A stretch of DNA of 64,000 nt, taken from the NCBI GenBank assembly GCA_963727445.1, contig CAVSGI010000009.1, positions 320,001 through 384,000 on the forward strand. Reading direction: 5' to 3'. The notes below the pieces were generated by a model, which had not been told where the DNA came from, did no database searches, and saw only the letters and a program-made list of their open reading frames with translations. Source of the DNA: an uncultured delta proteobacterium (GTDB lineage: Bacteria; Myxococcota_A; Polyangia; Polyangiales; B10-G4). The position numbers were made by a program, and so were the translations under genes. Below, piece by piece: positions 59,756 to 64,000 of the stretch. How positions within the stretch are numbered: the first letter of the stretch is position 1; every line of letters begins with the position of its first letter.

Positions 59756-60748
59756 TCACCACAGCGCGTGGTGGTCTTCGACGACGCCGAAGAGGCCGCT
59801 CACATCGTGGCCGAGGACGTTGCCTTCGAAGCGACCGTAGGGCTGGACGAAGTCGGTGCGCAGTGGCCCCACGCCCATGTGCTCCTCGCGCGCGCCCTCT
59901 GGATGGATCTCGAGGTCGACCTCGTCGCCTTCGAGGGAGCGGACGCGCCACGGCTCGTCCTTCGGCCGTGGGGGCACGTCGAAGCGCACACCGCCGAGGG
60001 GCACGACGCGGCCGTCGATCCACGCGGCGTTCTCGCGTGAATGTCCGCGTTCGTCGTCGTAAACCTGCGCGGAGAGGTTGAGCCCGAAGGCACGCCCATC
60101 CGCGAGGCGTCCACTCGTGCAGCACCAGTTCCACACCGTCTCGCGGCGGGCCTGCGAGCGAGTCCAATCGCTCGCAGCGAGCGCGCCCTCCAAAGAGATC
60201 GGCACGTCGCCGAGCCGGAGTGCACCCGAGGCTGGCCATCCCGCGGCCTTGTGGGTGTAGGCGACGTGCGTGGCGTCGAGGCGGTGCAGCATGGCGAGAG
60301 ACTCCTGCGCCTCGATGTGCGCTTCGCCGGTGAGTCGCAGCGCGCCGACGGGCAGATCCAGCGCCACGTCCCATCCATCGCGGGCGGTGATCGACACCGC
60401 CGCCTCCCGCGTCTTCCACGCGGTCGTGCCCCGGACCGAGCTCTCGGCGATGCTCGGCTGCCGGCCGAGCGGCGAGATCACACCGTACTCATGTGTGGGT
60501 GCGTCGCCCGCGCGGTCGACGGCGTAGGCGAAGACGCTCCCCACGTAGCCGAGCTGCACCAGGCCGAGGGCGACAAAGAAGCGATCGTTGGTGAAGGAGA
60601 GGTAGTGCCACTCCTTGAGCCGGTAACGCGACAGACCTCGTCCACCGAGATCGATCTCGGCGAAGGGCGTTCGGTAGATCCCGAGCTGCGCGTCGTCGCC
60701 GGGTGCGTAGACGTCGGGCGCTTCGGGCAGTGAAGGCAGCTCGCTCAC
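59756..60748 (-). CDS. DUF2804 family protein
   Basis: RLKEWHY, YTHK, RET.WNW, GLNL, EN..WIDG, F.QPYGRF.G, GVVEDHHALW. Confidence 0.8.
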   Translation of the reverse strand: MSELPSLPEAPDVYAPGDDAQLGIYRTPFAEIDLGGRGLSRYRLKEWHYLSFTNDRFFVALGLVQLGYVGSVFAYAVDRAGDAPTHEYGVISPLGRQPSIAESSVRGTTAWKTREAAVSITARDGWDVALDLPVGALRLTGEAHIEAQESLAMLHRLDATHVAYTHKAAGWPASGALRLGDVPISLEGALAASDWTRSQARRETVWNWCCTSGRLADGRAFGLNLSAQVYDDERGHSRENAAWIDGRVVPLGGVRFDVPPRPKDEPWRVRSLEGDEVDLEIHPEGAREEHMGVGPLRTDFVQPYGRFEGNVLGHDVSGLFGVVEDHHALW

Positions 60749-60764
60749 GGATGCGGGCAGGCGT

Positions 60765-61397
60765 TCAGGCGAGGACGCCGCGGAGGTTGTAGTCGAGCAC
60801 CGCGCGGCCGATGCGCTCGGGATCGGCCTCTCCGTCCTGCATCAAGCGCTCCTCGAGCAGATACTTGATGGAGCCGAGGATGCAGCTCGCGACGATGTCC
60901 ACGTCGACGTCGCGCACGAGGCCCAGCCGCTGCCCGTTCTCGAGGGAGTAGCGGATGAAGTCGTGAAGGCTCCCGTAGAAGCTGCTGAGCTTCTTGTCGA
61001 CCTCGGCGTCGAGGCCGACCGCCTCGCGCAGCAGGATGCGCGTGAGCGCCTTGTGTTCGGTGACCGAACGGACGATGCGCGAGACCGTTTCGACCAGCTG
61101 ATCCTGAATGGGAGGGGCGCCATCCGTGGTGTCGACGCCGACCACCGTCTTGCGCAGCTCGGCGAGGAGCTCCTCGGTGAGCTCGACGAAGATCGCCTGC
61201 TTGGACTCGAAGTAGAGGTAGAAAGTGCCGCGCGCGATGCCCGCCGCGTCGATGATGTCGCTGATGCGCGTGCCGTGATAGCCCTTGGCGGCGAAGACGG
61301 TCTCCGCCGTTCGCAGGATCTCTGCGCGCCGCGTCTCACGCTGCGCTTCGGCGCGAAGGCTTCGGCCGTCGACGCGTTCGGTGCTGGTCTCGCTCAC
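60765..61397 (-). CDS. TetR/AcrR family transcriptional regulator
   Basis: RRAEIL..A..VFA.KGYH.T.ISDI..AGIARGTFYLYFESK. Confidence 0.93.
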   Translation of the reverse strand: MSETSTERVDGRSLRAEAQRETRRAEILRTAETVFAAKGYHGTRISDIIDAAGIARGTFYLYFESKQAIFVELTEELLAELRKTVVGVDTTDGAPPIQDQLVETVSRIVRSVTEHKALTRILLREAVGLDAEVDKKLSSFYGSLHDFIRYSLENGQRLGLVRDVDVDIVASCILGSIKYLLEERLMQDGEADPERIGRAVLDYNLRGVLA

Positions 61398-62200
61398 GCC
61401 CCCCTCCACGCGCGGCGCCCGTTCTCGGCTGCCTGTTGGGTCTCGTATTCTTCGAAGTAGGCGTCGACACGACGCGCGATGGGCTCGCGCACCTTCGCCG
61501 CGAGCTCCTCGACGGTTTCCGGTCCGGTGCTCGAAATAGGCTGCTCGCAATAGACGGTCACCGTGTTGCCGGGTCGGATGATCCAGGAATCGGCGCGCAT
61601 CACGTGTTGCATTCCGGTGACGGCGACCGGGACGATCGGGATGTCGAGCTCGCGCGCGATGTGGAAGACCCCGCGCTTGAAAGGACGCACGCGTCCGTCG
61701 CGAGTGCGGTGTCCTTCGGGGAAGGCGAGGATCGAATGGCCGGCATCGATCTCGCGCTTGAAGTCCTCCATGAGGCGTCGCGTCTGGCTCGCGCCCCGGT
61801 GGACCGCGATGGTGCCGCGCTGCCTCATGAACCAGCCGTAGACCGGGTATTCGAAGTGCTTCGCGAGCTCGAGGCCCTGTTTGAAGTGGGGCGTTGCGTC
61901 GTACATCGTGCAGTGGTCGAAGTGGTTCACGTGGTTGCACGCGAACACGTACTGCCGATTCGGGTCCACGTCGGGGTGGACGACGGCGCGCCACTTCGAG
62001 CCGGTGAGGGCGACCTGGCCGCGGACGTAGAGCCGGTTGAGCCACTCGATCTGGTCGGAGCGCAGGAAGGTCTGCAGGGCCATCATCGACCCCATGCAGG
62101 GCACGATCGACGAGACGCCTGCGGCCCACAGGCCGGCGGAGACGACCTTGTCGCCGAGGGTCGCGGGGGGCGCTGCGTTCTTCTTCTTTCGCTCGCTCAT
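61394..62200 (-). CDS. lysophospholipid acyltransferase (PlsC family)
   Basis: NHVNHFD (HX4D), FPEGHRT, FKRG, PIVPV. Confidence 0.9.
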   Translation of the reverse strand: MSERKKKNAAPPATLGDKVVSAGLWAAGVSSIVPCMGSMMALQTFLRSDQIEWLNRLYVRGQVALTGSKWRAVVHPDVDPNRQYVFACNHVNHFDHCTMYDATPHFKQGLELAKHFEYPVYGWFMRQRGTIAVHRGASQTRRLMEDFKREIDAGHSILAFPEGHRTRDGRVRPFKRGVFHIARELDIPIVPVAVTGMQHVMRADSWIIRPGNTVTVYCEQPISSTGPETVEELAAKVREPIARRVDAYFEEYETQQAAENGRRAWRGA

Positions 62201-63105
62201 GCGATCACCTTCAGGGCGCCCGGCACCACCTCGAGGGCTTCGAGCTTCAAAGGAATCACTTCTCCATCCACCATGCATTCCAGCTCGCCCACGTTCTCGA
62301 GCTCGACGCGCCTCGCGCGGGTCTGCTCCACGTCGGGGGCGGTCACGTGCTTGCCGTCGAAGATCTCGGGGAAGGTCTTGAGCAGCTTCACCCGGCCGAT
62401 GTCGCCCACGCGAATGACGTCGAGCTCGCCGTCGCTCGGGTCCGCCGACGGCGCCATCATCATGGTGCCGCCAGTGAACTTGCTGTTCGAGAACGACAGC
62501 AGCACCGCCGGACGCTCGTCCAACTCCCCTCCGTCGAGACGCATGGGAAAGACGGGATGCTTGAGCTTCGCCGTGCAGACCACGGTGGCCAGGACGTAGC
62601 CTGCCGTGCCCAACCCCTTGAAGCGGCGGTTGGTGAGCCCGCCTGCGTCGGCGGTGAAACCGATGGAGAGCAGGTTGATGTAGTGGAGGATGCCGTCCGC
62701 GTGCTCGGCGCGGATCACGTCGCACTCCCGCTCGCGCCCGCGCGCCAGCGCCTCGATGGCGAGGTCGGTGGTGTCGATGTCGAAGTCCCGCAGGAAGGAG
62801 TTGCCGGTGCCGAGGGGCAAGAGGCCCAGCACCGGCGCGCCCGCGCCGTTCGCCTTCTTCGGGTCTGCGGCGAAGATTCCGTCGACCACTTCGAAGCTGG
62901 TGCCGTCGCCGCCTACCGACAGAAAGTGCGTGACGCCGCGCTCGCGCGCGTCCTTGGCGAGCTCGCGCGCGTGTCCCGGCCCGCGTGTCCTGTGCACCTC
63001 CATCTTCAGGCCGCCCCGCTCGAGGCGCGCTCGCGCATCACCGAACCTCTTTCGGGCGCGGCCTCCGCCGGCGGCGGGGTTGAAGATGGTGAAGAAGGTC
63101 GTCAT
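62197..63105 (-). CDS. diacylglycerol/lipid kinase (YegS/BmrU family)
   Basis: NPAAGGG, GGDGT, LPLGTGNSF, GG...AP.A...DG.LD, DGE. Confidence 0.92.
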   Translation of the reverse strand: MTTFFTIFNPAAGGGRARKRFGDARARLERGGLKMEVHRTRGPGHARELAKDARERGVTHFLSVGGDGTSFEVVDGIFAADPKKANGAGAPVLGLLPLGTGNSFLRDFDIDTTDLAIEALARGRERECDVIRAEHADGILHYINLLSIGFTADAGGLTNRRFKGLGTAGYVLATVVCTAKLKHPVFPMRLDGGELDERPAVLLSFSNSKFTGGTMMMAPSADPSDGELDVIRVGDIGRVKLLKTFPEIFDGKHVTAPDVEQTRARRVELENVGELECMVDGEVIPLKLEALEVVPGALKVIA

Positions 63106-63108
63106 CGC

Positions 63109-64000
63109 TCAGCTCAGCGGCCTCACCACGCTCTTGTCGAGGCTCGTGCGCAGGGCGTCGGCGAGGACGCCGCGCTTGAGCTTCATCGAGGCCGTGCGGG
63201 GGAACTCGTCCTCCCAGCGAACCAGACCCGCCACGCGCTTGAAGTCGGGGAGACGGTGATTGCGGGCGCTGAGCTCCTGGCGGAGCGCGTCCTCGTCCTC
63301 GTCCTCGCCGCGGTAGACCGCGACCAGCACCTCTTCTTCGAGCTTGCCGCCGGGCCAGATGTAGTTGGTGGCGAAGACGGCGAGCTCATCGCAGGGCAGG
63401 CCTTCGAGCTTCTGCTCGATGTCCTCGGGGTAGATGTTCTTGCCGCCGGCGGTGACGATCATGTTCTTCGATCGCCCGACGAGGTGCAGATGACCACTGG
63501 CGTCGAGCCAGCCGAGGTCACCGGTGTGGAGCCAGCCGTCGCGGATGGTCTCCGCGGTCTGCTCGTCGTCGTCGAGGTAGCCCTTCATGATGGTGCGCCC
63601 GCGGATGAGCACCTGCCCGACGCCCTCGTCGTTCTCGCCCTCGATGCGTATCTCGACGCCGTCCACCGCGCGGCCGACGGAGTCGCCCCGGAAGGGCATC
63701 AGATCGTTGACGGTGGCGACGGTGCAGGCTTCGGTGAGGCCGTAACCGATCACCACCGGGATGCCGAGGCGATAGAAGAATTCCGCCCGCGCCTTGTCGG
63801 TGAAGGCGCCGCCGCAGAAGAGCATCTTCAGCGAGCCGCCGAAGGCCTCGTGCACCGGCTTCAGCAGCCGGCTCGAGAGTGCGTGGTTGGGGGCGCGGTC
63901 GGTGAGGATCTGGTTGAAGGAGGACAGGACCTCGAAGAGACCGCGCTTGGTGGGCGTCGCTTCGTCGAGCTTGTCCTGGATGCGCCGCTCGAAGGCTTCG
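63109..64000 (-). CDS. long-chain acyl-CoA synthetase (AMP-binding), 5' truncated by window edge
   Basis: CGGA, GYGLTE, SVGR, GWLHTGDLG, GRSKNMIV..GGKNIYPE, PRTASMK. Confidence 0.9.
   Translation of the reverse strand, partial: EAFERRIQDKLDEATPTKRGLFEVLSSFNQILTDRAPNHALSSRLLKPVHEAFGGSLKMLFCGGAFTDKARAEFFYRLGIPVVIGYGLTEACTVATVNDLMPFRGDSVGRAVDGVEIRIEGENDEGVGQVLIRGRTIMKGYLDDDEQTAETIRDGWLHTGDLGWLDASGHLHLVGRSKNMIVTAGGKNIYPEDIEQKLEGLPCDELAVFATNYIWPGGKLEEEVLVAVYRGEDEDEDALRQELSARNHRLPDFKRVAGLVRWEDEFPRTASMKLKRGVLADALRTSLDKSVVRPLS

Overview
High-GC bacterial chromosomal segment with a myxobacterial (Polyangiales/Sandaracinaceae-like) gene repertoire. The taxonomy is inferred from a MYXO-CTERM protein, PEGA/TPR proteins, Cys-rich lipoproteins, Ser/Thr kinases and an FHA-sigma54 activator. 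The window holds about 55 CDS and one tRNA-Phe(GAA) with promoter and terminator; no integrase, transposase or CRISPR was seen. Highlights: (1) a translationally coupled class-III aminotransferase + LuxE-like + LuxC-like operon with no luxAB/luxD in the window, a candidate carboxylate->aldehyde->amine pathway; (2) a complete EF-hand NOX5/RBOH-type NADPH oxidase overlapping a GT2 gene; (3) an 8 x 52-bp palindromic tandem array with a tRNA T-arm-like motif, fused to a gutted PhzF remnant; (4) two divergent sigma54 promoters flanking a perfect 19-bp inverted repeat, next to a kinase/FHA-bEBP/kinase cluster, one of them upstream of a cryptic Cys-rich lipoprotein gene; (5) recurring modular surface-protein architectures. 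Several genes carry single-base frameshifts that may be assembly errors. All calls come from motif reading by eye; no database searches were run.
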